Positions 54,342 to 63,545 of a stretch of 64,000 bases of DNA are shown piece by piece. Origin of the DNA: a virus. The position numbers and the translations under genes were made by a program. Within the stretch, counting starts at the first letter, position 1; every line of letters starts with the position of its first letter. Location of the stretch: the IMG/VR virus record IMGVR_UViG_3300020183_000008, positions 91,271 through 155,270 of that record; one strand, given 5' to 3'. The notes below the pieces were generated by a model, which saw only the letters and a list, made by a program, of their open reading frames with translations, did no database searches and had not been told where the DNA came from.

Positions 54342-54386
54342 TCTGTAAAAAGCTAATTATTTTTTGATCCGTGGGAGACATCAAAA

Positions 54387-55298
54387 ATGAGTTTTTTACT
54401 AGGGTCAAACGCTGATTTTTTATTTCCAGTCGTCGCACCTGTTTCAGTATCTTCTGTGTCTGTTTTGACGGTGCAAGATTTGACGCCCGCTTCAATAGTG
54501 AGTGGTAAGCGGGAGCCTTTTTTAGGGCTTGCAGGATCAAGTTTAGTTCTGGAAGTTCCAACAGCCGATACAGATTTGTTTCAATCTAGGTTGGTTTCTG
54601 TTACACAGAAATTAGATTCTGATTTAGGAGCATCTGATGATGACTATCAATCGACTGTCATCGTTTCAGGTGGTTCTTTGCAAACCAGATTTCACGTTCT
54701 TTTGCAGAAACTAGACAATGACACAGGCGTGACGGATGATGATTACTATTCAAGCCTATCGTATTCATCAAGCGGATATTTCCAATCAAACTTTAATGAT
54801 TTGATGGATAAACTAGATGCGGACACGCATTTGGCATCAGCCGACTACGGTACATTAAAAATATCAGAGTTACAGACCATCACAGTTAATTTCGACAAGG
54901 ACTTAAACTACGCAAGTGAAATTGCAGGTGTGATTTCTCAGGCAGTTGGTTCATCGGGAAATATTGAAGTTTCCTCTCGTAATGGTTTCGTTTTAATCAA
55001 TTCGCTAGTTAAAGGTTCAGATTCAACCATCAGCGTGAAAAACACGAATCAGTCTCTCGGTTTAACGGTTACGGATGCGTTTGGAACAGACCATAATTTA
55101 TTATCTGTGAGCGCAGATATTAGTGTTGTGATGGTTTCTCCGACCTTGGCTGCGGTGAGCGTATATCTGGACAGAAACGTGTTCGTTTTGAATAAGCCTT
55201 ACTTCATCGTATTGAGCGATGGTGGTTCTCAGCAGATTGAGAGAGTCAGTATCATTCGTCAAAACTTAGCAAGTGCAAATTTTGTGGCGGGTGTATGA
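54387..55298 (+). CDS. Probable structural protein with 3 internal KLD.D.G..D.DY repeats
   Basis: QKLDSDLGASDDDY, QKLDNDTGVTDDDY, DKLDADTHLASADY. Confidence 0.6.
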   Translation: MSFLLGSNADFLFPVVAPVSVSSVSVLTVQDLTPASIVSGKREPFLGLAGSSLVLEVPTADTDLFQSRLVSVTQKLDSDLGASDDDYQSTVIVSGGSLQTRFHVLLQKLDNDTGVTDDDYYSSLSYSSSGYFQSNFNDLMDKLDADTHLASADYGTLKISELQTITVNFDKDLNYASEIAGVISQAVGSSGNIEVSSRNGFVLINSLVKGSDSTISVKNTNQSLGLTVTDAFGTDHNLLSVSADISVVMVSPTLAAVSVYLDRNVFVLNKPYFIVLSDGGSQQIERVSIIRQNLASANFVAGV

Positions 55299-56527
55299 TA
55301 GCGATAGAAAGAGGTCAGCAACTCACTAAAAACGATCTTCAGGTTTACGTCAGAGATGATGCGAACAATTTGGTCGACCCTTTTTCTATTACTTATGCGA
55401 TTTATGACAGGACGGGATCAAAACCTGTTTTAGTCGGAAATCGACTTGACCAACAGCCTGCCAGAGAATCCGTAGGCTTTTATTGGGCTAACATCCGAAT
55501 AGAAGATGCTGATAATCTCGGTGAATTCGAAATCGAATGGGCTATTCGGATTAACGAGAACTCTGTAAAAGAGTGTGTGAGGCAAAGGTTCTCTATCGTA
55601 AAGAAAAGCGATCCTTTGAGAATGCTTTCCAACACGGGTGGTGTAGCCTACTACCCCAATCAATTTCTCGGTCCAAACGAGCTATACATTCAAGTTTTAA
55701 ACGAAAGAAATAACCCTTTCGACCCATCAGAAATCACATACGCTATTTTCGACAGAACTACAGGATTAGACATCCTTGTAGGTTCACCTGCGCAAACTCC
55801 GACTCGAACATCGTGTGGAAGGTATCACGCGAATTTTCAAATCCCCGTAAACGCAAATCAAGGGGATTGGATTATTCGTTGGAATTTCAAGGATGATGCA
55901 ACGGACAGTGAGCGAAATGTTGTACAAGAGTTTGCTGTGGTCCATCCATCTACTGTTGTTTCTAGCCCTTATAAAGAACGCGAACGGGACTTTTTAAGAA
56001 GGTTGCGTTTTCTTCTTAGAGACAACAACCCAGATAGAAATTATAAATTTGTGCCTCCTGAAAGTGAAAGGGTCATACAAAACTTCACCGAGACCTTTGG
56101 GTTTATTTGGACTGATGAAGAGTTGTATGAATATCTTTTGCTTGCTGTAGATGCAGTGAACAACTACCCACCTTTAGAAGATCACTCTCTACCGAGCGCC
56201 CCATCCCATTTGGCGGCTCTTATCGTTCTCAAGGCAGCTTCGTTTGCTTTATCCGCTCTAGCGATAAATTGGGTGCATGATGAATTCGATTATTCAATCG
56301 GTGGTGTGTCTTTAAATATTGATAAATCATCTAAATATCAGGGTTTGTCTGAAAAGTTCGAATCTGAATATCAGACCCAATTAGAGCGTTACAAAGATTT
56401 TGGAGTCAAGATTATTATGGGTATTCAGCAACCACGTTACGGTATTGGTATCGCTTCGGCTTTAGGACCGTATAGTGGTCGCGGTGTTCAAAATAGAAGA
56501 AACTTCATAGGTAGTTATAGAATTTAA
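55295..56527 (+). CDS. Probable head-tail adaptor/neck protein with two N-terminal Ig-like repeats
   Basis: Duplicated DP..ITYAI(Y/F)DRT...G.Y.AN..I...G...I.W; C-terminal LRFLLRD..WTDEEL..DYSIGGVSL adaptor-like domain. Confidence 0.55.
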   Translation: MIAIERGQQLTKNDLQVYVRDDANNLVDPFSITYAIYDRTGSKPVLVGNRLDQQPARESVGFYWANIRIEDADNLGEFEIEWAIRINENSVKECVRQRFSIVKKSDPLRMLSNTGGVAYYPNQFLGPNELYIQVLNERNNPFDPSEITYAIFDRTTGLDILVGSPAQTPTRTSCGRYHANFQIPVNANQGDWIIRWNFKDDATDSERNVVQEFAVVHPSTVVSSPYKERERDFLRRLRFLLRDNNPDRNYKFVPPESERVIQNFTETFGFIWTDEELYEYLLLAVDAVNNYPPLEDHSLPSAPSHLAALIVLKAASFALSALAINWVHDEFDYSIGGVSLNIDKSSKYQGLSEKFESEYQTQLERYKDFGVKIIMGIQQPRYGIGIASALGPYSGRGVQNRRNFIGSYRI

Positions 56528-56553
56528 AACCCCATGCGGGGAGGGGATAAGCC

Positions 56554-57024
56554 GTGTCATTTTCAACTGTATTATCTTCATTGAAACCTCAAGCAAAAGC
56601 TGTAGGTGTCTCTGAGGAATCTTTTTTTCTACATCAACTCCATAAGGTGGCAGCGGGCAGTGATCCTACTTTGCTACAAAATCTTGTAAATTATGCTAAT
56701 TCCTTAGGTATGGTTGCAACAGCAGCTATCGTCAATGACTTGCTTCAAAGTGCAACAAAAATTGCCCAAGCCGCTGTGGATATGAAGAGCGGATATCTGA
56801 CTGTTACAGGGTCGGACAATATCATCGTCCCTATTGGTTTTTTGGTTGATGAATATTTTGTGAATTTTATTTCTCCATCAAACCCATCATACATTACATG
56901 TTCACCTAATGTTTCTGACTCTGTTTCAGGGGAACTTTTGGTGCATAGTAGTCACGCACACAATTTTAAGATTACTTGGAATGTAGCGGGTACGAGAACT
57001 ATAAAATGGTTAGTAAAACAGTAA
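56554..57024 (+). CDS. Hypothetical protein
   Basis: GTG start with GGAGG SD. Confidence 0.65.
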   Translation: MSFSTVLSSLKPQAKAVGVSEESFFLHQLHKVAAGSDPTLLQNLVNYANSLGMVATAAIVNDLLQSATKIAQAAVDMKSGYLTVTGSDNIIVPIGFLVDEYFVNFISPSNPSYITCSPNVSDSVSGELLVHSSHAHNFKITWNVAGTRTIKWLVKQ

Positions 57025-57037
57025 AAAGAGACTTTAT

Positions 57038-58339
57038 ATGGAAAGATACGCGGTCTCCTCTGGAAACCGAATTACTGCTATTTTAACATCCAAACCTTTA
57101 GGTCGTGATTTCGTTGTCGTTCCGAAATCACTTTCATCCGTAACTGATACGGAAATCATCTCTAATTACTTCATTCAAAATCAAACCATCGAAAAATTAA
57201 ATGCGTGTAAAAAACCGTCTAAGATTGCGGTAATATCGAATTGGAATGTGAATTGCGGTATCGCTACTTACACAGGTTATTTAGTACAGTCTTTAAAAAA
57301 AATAACACCATCTGTGAAAATTTTTGCTGAAATAGCTGAAGGTGTACCATTTGAGAACGATGTTGTTAGATGTTGGGATAGGAAGGGTGACTACGGAAAA
57401 ATTCTAGGTGAGATTGAAAAATATAACCCTGACCTGATCATCATACAACATGAATTTGGTTTGTTTCATAAAGTTAATTTGTGGCAAACACTTCTGAGTC
57501 AATTATCCCGTTGGCGCGTGGTAACGACCTTCCATACGGTTTTGGAACATAGAGTTCCGAACTCGGATGCAAGTTTGGATTATAGAGCGCGTTCTTTCGC
57601 TGAAACGGCGTGTCTTGAAATTATAGTTCATCAAAAGAAAGCGAGAGAAACTCTTCGCGACCGTGGTTTTTCTGGTCGTGTCCATTATATACCTCACGGT
57701 TGTTTTGAACCGAATCGAGAGAAGCGACTACAACCCCAGAAATATGGAATGTATACTGACCATTCCATGTTTCAATACGGTTTTGGGGGTAGGCATAAGG
57801 GTTGGGAATTCGCGATTGATACTGTAGAAATTCTAAAGTCTAAATATCCCGAGATTCTTTATCTTGGTGTATTTAACATTCCTGTTGGAGGTGAAACTCA
57901 TACTCACCTCTATCACTTAGAATTGTTAGACTTGATAAAAAAGAAGGGTCTAACTGAGAATGTTTCGATCATCAGAGGTTTTCAATCTGAGATGATGATC
58001 AGGAATATACTCTCGGGTGTAAAAGTCGGTTTTTTCCCTTACCAGAGCCCTAAGAATTGGTTCAGTTGGGGTGCATCAGGGGCAGTGCAGATGCCTTTAT
58101 CGATGGGTCTACCTTTAGTGTTAGGCGATTTCTCTCAATTTGAAGAGTACCGAGGAAAAATACCTCTTGTGAAGACCCCAGAGGAAGCGGCTACTGAAAT
58201 TGATCACCTGTTTTCAGACCAAAATTACTGGAGTCAAATGTCTGAAAAATCTTTTAAAATTTCAGCGGAAAGAACTTGGACTAAAGTAGCCGAGTGGTAT
58301 TTGACTTGTACTTCTGAACAGGACTTTGATGCACTATGA
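57038..58339 (+). CDS. GT-B fold glycosyltransferase (GT4-like)
   Basis: CGIATYT, IIQHEFGLF, TTFHTV, IPHG, FGGRHKG, FPY...SGAV. Confidence 0.88.
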   Translation: MERYAVSSGNRITAILTSKPLGRDFVVVPKSLSSVTDTEIISNYFIQNQTIEKLNACKKPSKIAVISNWNVNCGIATYTGYLVQSLKKITPSVKIFAEIAEGVPFENDVVRCWDRKGDYGKILGEIEKYNPDLIIIQHEFGLFHKVNLWQTLLSQLSRWRVVTTFHTVLEHRVPNSDASLDYRARSFAETACLEIIVHQKKARETLRDRGFSGRVHYIPHGCFEPNREKRLQPQKYGMYTDHSMFQYGFGGRHKGWEFAIDTVEILKSKYPEILYLGVFNIPVGGETHTHLYHLELLDLIKKKGLTENVSIIRGFQSEMMIRNILSGVKVGFFPYQSPKNWFSWGASGAVQMPLSMGLPLVLGDFSQFEEYRGKIPLVKTPEEAATEIDHLFSDQNYWSQMSEKSFKISAERTWTKVAEWYLTCTSEQDFDAL

Positions 58340-59256
58340 AAATAAATTTCATCGGTTGGTATGGTAAAAATAACTTAGGTGATGATTCTTTTCAGTCAGT
58401 TTTTTCTCAGGCTTTTTACGGGCATGACTTAATTTTTTCTGAAAAGCCTGATCTAAGTGCCGATGCTTTTATTCTCGGCGGTGGTGGTGTTATTGATTAT
58501 GGTTATTTCGAGGGTTTAGAGAACCTTGGTAGCCGACCTTTGTACGCTGTCGGGGTTGATATACCGCTATCAGGTCCGCGTTACGGTGACCTGATCATGA
58601 AGTTTCCTTTTCGCAAGATTTACATTCGTTCGAAGGAATACTGTTGGTTAGCGCGTGCTCAGGGTCTATCGAATGTCGTGTACATGCCAGACATCGCTTT
58701 CTATTTGGAGCCGCCTGTTAAATCTAAATTCAACTTTCCGCCGAAATTGGGTGTGTCCTTGATGAACCATCTACTTCAAGATGAAGAACACCTACAAGAT
58801 CATATCGCCCGAGTTTTAGAAGTTAGAAAAGATACTTTTGACATCAGTTTTCTTATTTTTAAAGAATCTGATGAAATTATGGTTTCAAAAATATTGTCTA
58901 AGTGCTCGATACCTTGTCAAATTGTCAAACCTAAAACACCCGAAGAAATGCTCAAAGTTATATCAAACCTCGATGTTCTTTTAACTATGAGATTTCACGG
59001 GGCTATTTTCGCAAATATATGCAAGGTACCTTTTGTAAGTTTGAGCGACACCGGTAAGCACTCGATTTTCTGTGAACAAGAAAATTTACACAGTTCCTTT
59101 TTAGATATCAGGGATCTAAATCCATATAAACTTTTTGTAAGTTTAGAACGCATGTATGAAACGAAATCGCGAGGGACTCCAGAAATAAATAGAAAAGCAG
59201 TCGTTTTTACTTTATCTGAAATCAGAAAAGAGCTAGAATCATCTGACTTCTCCTAA
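58336..59256 (+). CDS. Polysaccharide pyruvyl transferase family protein
   Basis: GWYGKNNLGDD, LGGGG, PDIAF, MRFHGAI. Confidence 0.88.
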   Translation: MKINFIGWYGKNNLGDDSFQSVFSQAFYGHDLIFSEKPDLSADAFILGGGGVIDYGYFEGLENLGSRPLYAVGVDIPLSGPRYGDLIMKFPFRKIYIRSKEYCWLARAQGLSNVVYMPDIAFYLEPPVKSKFNFPPKLGVSLMNHLLQDEEHLQDHIARVLEVRKDTFDISFLIFKESDEIMVSKILSKCSIPCQIVKPKTPEEMLKVISNLDVLLTMRFHGAIFANICKVPFVSLSDTGKHSIFCEQENLHSSFLDIRDLNPYKLFVSLERMYETKSRGTPEINRKAVVFTLSEIRKELESSDFS

Positions 59257-59269
59257 AGGATAATCAGGT

Positions 59270-60403
59270 ATGACAGATGCTCTAATCGTGTACGATGGAT
59301 ATGGTGATTCAGGTGCCTTTGAAGAATTGTCAAATGAACTCAAATCTTCTGGATTGATGTTTGATACTATTACACATCTTGGTGAATACGACGATTGGAA
59401 AAAAGGTTTAAAAAATCCAAACACTCCTGTTCTTTTTTATCGAAACGAATTCATAAGAATAAAAAGTCCAAAAGAGTATTTGGACTATCACAGGCAGAAT
59501 CCAAATTCTCCTTTTACAACGGATACGAGTTGGGGTTTCTATCAACCAGTTTCTTTGAATCCATCCCATGTGCAAATAAAAGATGGTTTTAAACCGTATT
59601 CGGATAACTTTTTTAGCCTGTTGTACAGGTCATCTGATTACGTTTTAACCATCGCAAAACCACAGTATGAGCAAGTTCCGATTTTCGTTTTAGCTCACAA
59701 TAGACCTGAGTATCTTAAATTAACTTTGAATTCATTGCTGTATTCGACAGAAGATTTGGAAAATAGAAAAATCGTAGTCATTTTGAATGACGCAACGACT
59801 GAAGTGAGAAACCTGTGTTTTTCGTACTTAGACCGAGACCTTGAATTCTTAGAAATTTCGCCGAACGCGAAATTCGCAGCTTTGAACGTAGCTCTTCAGG
59901 TGTATAAGCCTAAAAAGTTTATTTACTGTGAGGATGATGTCATTTTCCCTGAGACGACGCGCAATTATTTTCCTCAGTGGGTCACCCAGTTTGCAAGTCG
60001 ACTTCATCAATTTGATATGGTTGCATGGCACTACGGTGTTGAGAATGTGAACGTGATCTATGGATTACAGAGATTGAATCTAAATGATCACAGTCGTTGG
60101 CTGCATGTCGATGAACATCCAGGTCTGACGATCGGAGGTCAGTGTTTCTGTACGACTTACGATTATTATTCAAAAGTGGCAACCAAAGAGAACGACTGGA
60201 CACCGACGGATAAGTTATTATTCCAAGGAAAATCATACTCCCCTTCATTAAGACTCTACCATTTAGGGGCAAACCACAGGATGGATTATCCGAATAAAAT
60301 TATAGATGGTAGTACATTTCGGGTAACATCGGATCGCTATACAGCAAAAAAGCTATTAACAGGGGAGAGATTTTCTGTTCACTTGGCTGACATAAAAAAC
60401 TGA
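59270..60403 (+). CDS. GT-A fold glycosyltransferase (GT2-like)
   Basis: IFVLAHNRPEYLKLTLNSL, ILND, CEDD (DxD-like), YHLG. Confidence 0.75.
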   Translation: MTDALIVYDGYGDSGAFEELSNELKSSGLMFDTITHLGEYDDWKKGLKNPNTPVLFYRNEFIRIKSPKEYLDYHRQNPNSPFTTDTSWGFYQPVSLNPSHVQIKDGFKPYSDNFFSLLYRSSDYVLTIAKPQYEQVPIFVLAHNRPEYLKLTLNSLLYSTEDLENRKIVVILNDATTEVRNLCFSYLDRDLEFLEISPNAKFAALNVALQVYKPKKFIYCEDDVIFPETTRNYFPQWVTQFASRLHQFDMVAWHYGVENVNVIYGLQRLNLNDHSRWLHVDEHPGLTIGGQCFCTTYDYYSKVATKENDWTPTDKLLFQGKSYSPSLRLYHLGANHRMDYPNKIIDGSTFRVTSDRYTAKKLLTGERFSVHLADIKN

Positions 60404-60440
60404 TGCTATTTTTTTCCGAATTGTTTTTCTAATTCTTTTC

Positions 60441-60642
60441 TCATTTTTGGAATTTCTGGGAATTCCGCTTCGCTTGGTTGGTCTGAAAGGTTGAAGCTTC
60501 CAGTAAGTAGTCAGAAATTCGCTTCAAACCTCTGGGCGGGATGCTCTCTCCGATCATTTCCCGAATATTTTTTATCGCGGAGCGGTTTTCTATCTGCCCG
60601 CTCCCACACAAAGTCAAAGTCTGCTACCGTATGCAAAATGCA
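60441..60642 (-). pseudogene. Frameshifted C-terminal remnant of a C5-cytosine DNA methyltransferase
   Basis: CILHTVADFDFVWERADRKPLRDK, then a frameshift in an A6 run, then NIREMIGESIPPRGLKRISDYLL, resembling motifs IX-X (IG(N/E)(A/S)(V/I)PP). Confidence 0.5.
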
Positions 60643-60722
60643 TCCTATTCCCTGATCCTAATTTCTTTATTAGAATCAAGACACAACAAACTATAATACT
60701 ATTTCAGCAAGGAGGCTGATTT

Positions 60723-61568
60723 ATGACAGCAAGCACTAATCGAGAATATATCGCAACAAAAACTTTTTTTGCTGGTGAAATCAACTTAAAAATCAACGAA
60801 CAGGAGAGAATCAAGTTCGATGGTTTCAAGGCTTTGATCCGAGGGCAAGAATATAAATGCAGCACTTTGATGGCTGCCGTCAGAGCGGGTCTCTTGATGT
60901 TAGCTCAAACAGATGCATCTGGAAAGAGCATCGAACATGTAGAAGAATCAGCGGAAAATAGAGCCAAGAGGATGAAGGAAGAGCGTCTCCGCGCTATCAA
61001 CGGTGCGAAAGGAAACGGTGAGATCCTCGAAGAGATTGCGGTGAAGCCATCCAAGGTGGTAAAGCGTGATGGCACTCCGGTTGCCCAAGCTGCGGTTGTT
61101 GAAATCGCTGAAGTTAAGCATCCGAAAAAAGAAAAACGAGCCGTTGTACAAGAAAACGAAGGTAAAGAAGTAGCTAAGGTCACCAAAGCTAAATCAGGTT
61201 TGGAAGAAGACACATCGAAATCTTTTTATGAAGCCATGTTAGATGGGGATAAAAAGAAACTAGAAATTGCAAAAGACCAATTTGCAAGAAAAGTCATCAA
61301 AAAATCTAGTCAAGATGATGCGGTAGAAGTGAAGAAGTTGGTCGAGTCAGTAGGGGAAGCATCTGAGATCACTCCAAAAAAAGATCCGTTAAAAAGTTGG
61401 AAGTCCTTTACAGTAAAAAAGAAAGAGGCTTTCATCAAAAAAGCGACCGATATTTCCCTAATCAAAAGAATTATTGACAGTGAGGGTGGAAATCTTCGCC
61501 GAAAAGCTGAAGAAAGATTAGCGGAAGTAGATCATGCCAAAGCCAAAGATGTGGGACAACATCCATGA
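60723..61568 (+). CDS. Lys/Glu-rich hypothetical protein
   Basis: Strong SD AAGGAGG; TATAAT upstream. Confidence 0.75.
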   Translation: MTASTNREYIATKTFFAGEINLKINEQERIKFDGFKALIRGQEYKCSTLMAAVRAGLLMLAQTDASGKSIEHVEESAENRAKRMKEERLRAINGAKGNGEILEEIAVKPSKVVKRDGTPVAQAAVVEIAEVKHPKKEKRAVVQENEGKEVAKVTKAKSGLEEDTSKSFYEAMLDGDKKKLEIAKDQFARKVIKKSSQDDAVEVKKLVESVGEASEITPKKDPLKSWKSFTVKKKEAFIKKATDISLIKRIIDSEGGNLRRKAEERLAEVDHAKAKDVGQHP

Positions 61569-62373
61569 TTTTACATCCCCAGAGGACTTACCGAAATCTG
61601 GTGATGTAGTTTTACAGCCTGTGGAAGACCACGCTTTTGCTGTACCTGAAATGGTGCGCACGGAGTTTGGTCTTCTCCCTGCTGAATATATGAGAAGGTT
61701 GGATCAAAGAGATCCTGAAACGGAACAGCAGTTACCGAGAATCACATCCGTGCCTACGAGGTCTGCTTTTTTGTCGGATCAGAGTCCAAACCCTGATGCG
61801 ACAAACGATTACATCGAGAATAGAGATCTTGATGTTAATAATCCTTCTGCTCATGTTGAGATTCCAAATTTACCAGACCCATACATTGAAAAAATTGCAA
61901 GAAGGGTTGTTTCAGGTTGGATGCTTGAAAACCATCCTTATGAAATTGAATTAGATCAAACCAAGGTTGCAGTCAGTCTCCTTGATCTTATCAAAAGCAC
62001 CTCAGCATTTTCGAAGAAAAATGAACCGAAATGTTCTCCTAGAATCACTCGAAAAAACGGGAAACTAAATCGGTACGATTTCAACGTCATTTGTGGTGAG
62101 GATTATTCAGATCCAAACGGTCACACAGTTAAATTCAAATTTTTACCGCAAGGAAATACAAAATACGCTTGGAAAACAAGAGTTTTAGTCAGTTGCTCCT
62201 GTGAATTTTGGCGTTATTACGGGTGTGATTGGAACTCAAAAAGGAAGGATTACCAAGAACGCCAGATGTCAAATGGTGCTGCACCCACAGTGCGAGGAAA
62301 AACTCATCTAATCTGTAAGCATGTAGCTGCGTGTGTGCCGAAGGTTAGACTTTTCGTTTTGAGGCGAAAATGA
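61534..62373 (+). CDS. SWIM zinc-finger protein
   Basis: VSCSCEFW...LICKHVAA; internal EKIARRVVSGW motif. Confidence 0.75.
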   Translation: MPKPKMWDNIHDFTSPEDLPKSGDVVLQPVEDHAFAVPEMVRTEFGLLPAEYMRRLDQRDPETEQQLPRITSVPTRSAFLSDQSPNPDATNDYIENRDLDVNNPSAHVEIPNLPDPYIEKIARRVVSGWMLENHPYEIELDQTKVAVSLLDLIKSTSAFSKKNEPKCSPRITRKNGKLNRYDFNVICGEDYSDPNGHTVKFKFLPQGNTKYAWKTRVLVSCSCEFWRYYGCDWNSKRKDYQERQMSNGAAPTVRGKTHLICKHVAACVPKVRLFVLRRK

Positions 62374-62663
62374 AAGAATTAAAAGGGTTGTTCTCTGAAT
62401 TATTTTCCAATCAACTTGAGTTGGTTCAGGATTATTGGGATGGTACTGAACTCATCGATGATGAAACAATCAAAAAAGCACTAAGATATAACTGTATGGA
62501 AATGGCTCGTAATTTAAAAGATATGCTCGAACACTTTCGTGACCTAGATGGGGAGTCTGACATCGTTGATGACATGGAAGATAACTTAGATGGTTTACAC
62601 GACCAGTTAATGGGCGGACCTGGTGATAACCTGTTAATTAAAAAGGAAGACTATGATTCCTAA
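62370..62663 (+). CDS. Acidic hypothetical protein
   Basis: Coupled ORF. Confidence 0.65.
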   Translation: MKELKGLFSELFSNQLELVQDYWDGTELIDDETIKKALRYNCMEMARNLKDMLEHFRDLDGESDIVDDMEDNLDGLHDQLMGGPGDNLLIKKEDYDS

Positions 62664-63279
62664 TGTAAACGTCTGGTCTGTGGACTCAGATTACATCATC
62701 TTGGTTTGGAAGGTTAAAGAGAGGGACACTTTTAAGTCCTACAACCTTTACGGTTGCACCACTTCAGGTGGATCATATAGCCTTGTTGAGGGATCTATCC
62801 CAAACGTAGCTAACCCCATGTCTCCCGGTTCAGTCTTAGTAAAAATATCGAGGTCCGCTTTAAGTTTAGCGGCAGATGCACCTTATTTTTTCAAGATTAC
62901 ATCTGTAGATATGAGCGATTCTGAATCAGATATTGATGATTCTGAGTTTATTTCTGTTGATGCTTTGGATGATGTTTTTAGAAATCGTTGGGCTGATGAC
63001 AATTCACCTGTCTATAAAAGTGCGACTTTATCTTTGGCGCATTCAGCTACAAATGTAGAGTACGACATCGTTCAGCTTTTAGGTCGGCAAGCGAATTGTC
63101 TACGGATTGAAACAACTAAAAATGTAAGCGTTCGTATCAATTCTACCAACAATGATGCCATCCTAATTACAGATGCGCATCCGTTTTTACCTGACCGAGG
63201 CGCAATCTTAGCTAGTAAATTGTTTTTCACTACGGTGAGCGAGAACGCGACTGTAAATGTTTTTGTATCTGGTAACTAA
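62653..63279 (+). CDS. FN3/Ig-like domain virion protein
   Basis: ILVWK...SYNLY...YFFKITSVD..ESD. Confidence 0.65.
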   Translation: MIPNVNVWSVDSDYIILVWKVKERDTFKSYNLYGCTTSGGSYSLVEGSIPNVANPMSPGSVLVKISRSALSLAADAPYFFKITSVDMSDSESDIDDSEFISVDALDDVFRNRWADDNSPVYKSATLSLAHSATNVEYDIVQLLGRQANCLRIETTKNVSVRINSTNNDAILITDAHPFLPDRGAILASKLFFTTVSENATVNVFVSGN

Positions 63280-63296
63280 TTCAAGGAGGATTTCGT

Positions 63297-63545
63297 ATGA
63301 ATAAACTTAGCGCACTAGCTCAAGAAATTGAAAAAATTGCTTATGAACTCGATGTATTTGGTGTTCAGAAAGAAGCGGCACAACCTCGACTTTATGAATA
63401 CGAATACGAAGGTATGAAGTTTTACATGGAAGAAAAGAAGCCACAAGGTGTTCGCCTTCCCGCAGGTAAGGCTTTATTTACAAAGAAATTTTACCCAGTT
63501 TCTGGCGCACTTGCAAAAGACCTCAAAGAAGATTCGGATGAATAA
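63297..63545 (+). CDS. Small probable head protein
   Basis: SD AAGGAGG; LAQEIEKIAYEL...QKEAA. Confidence 0.7.
   Translation: MNKLSALAQEIEKIAYELDVFGVQKEAAQPRLYEYEYEGMKFYMEEKKPQGVRLPAGKALFTKKFYPVSGALAKDLKEDSDE

Noticed and set aside
60406-60650. Selenoprotein or TGA read-through ORF (in-frame TGA at 60513-60511)
   Set aside because: No start codon or SD and no redox motif; a frameshifted methyltransferase remnant explains the region better
29655-60680. Late-promoter consensus TAA(T/C)-Nx-TTTAT upstream of structural genes
   Set aside because: Seen near 29658, 42084, 47403 and 60659, but spacing varies and the AT-rich background makes it unconvincing without statistics
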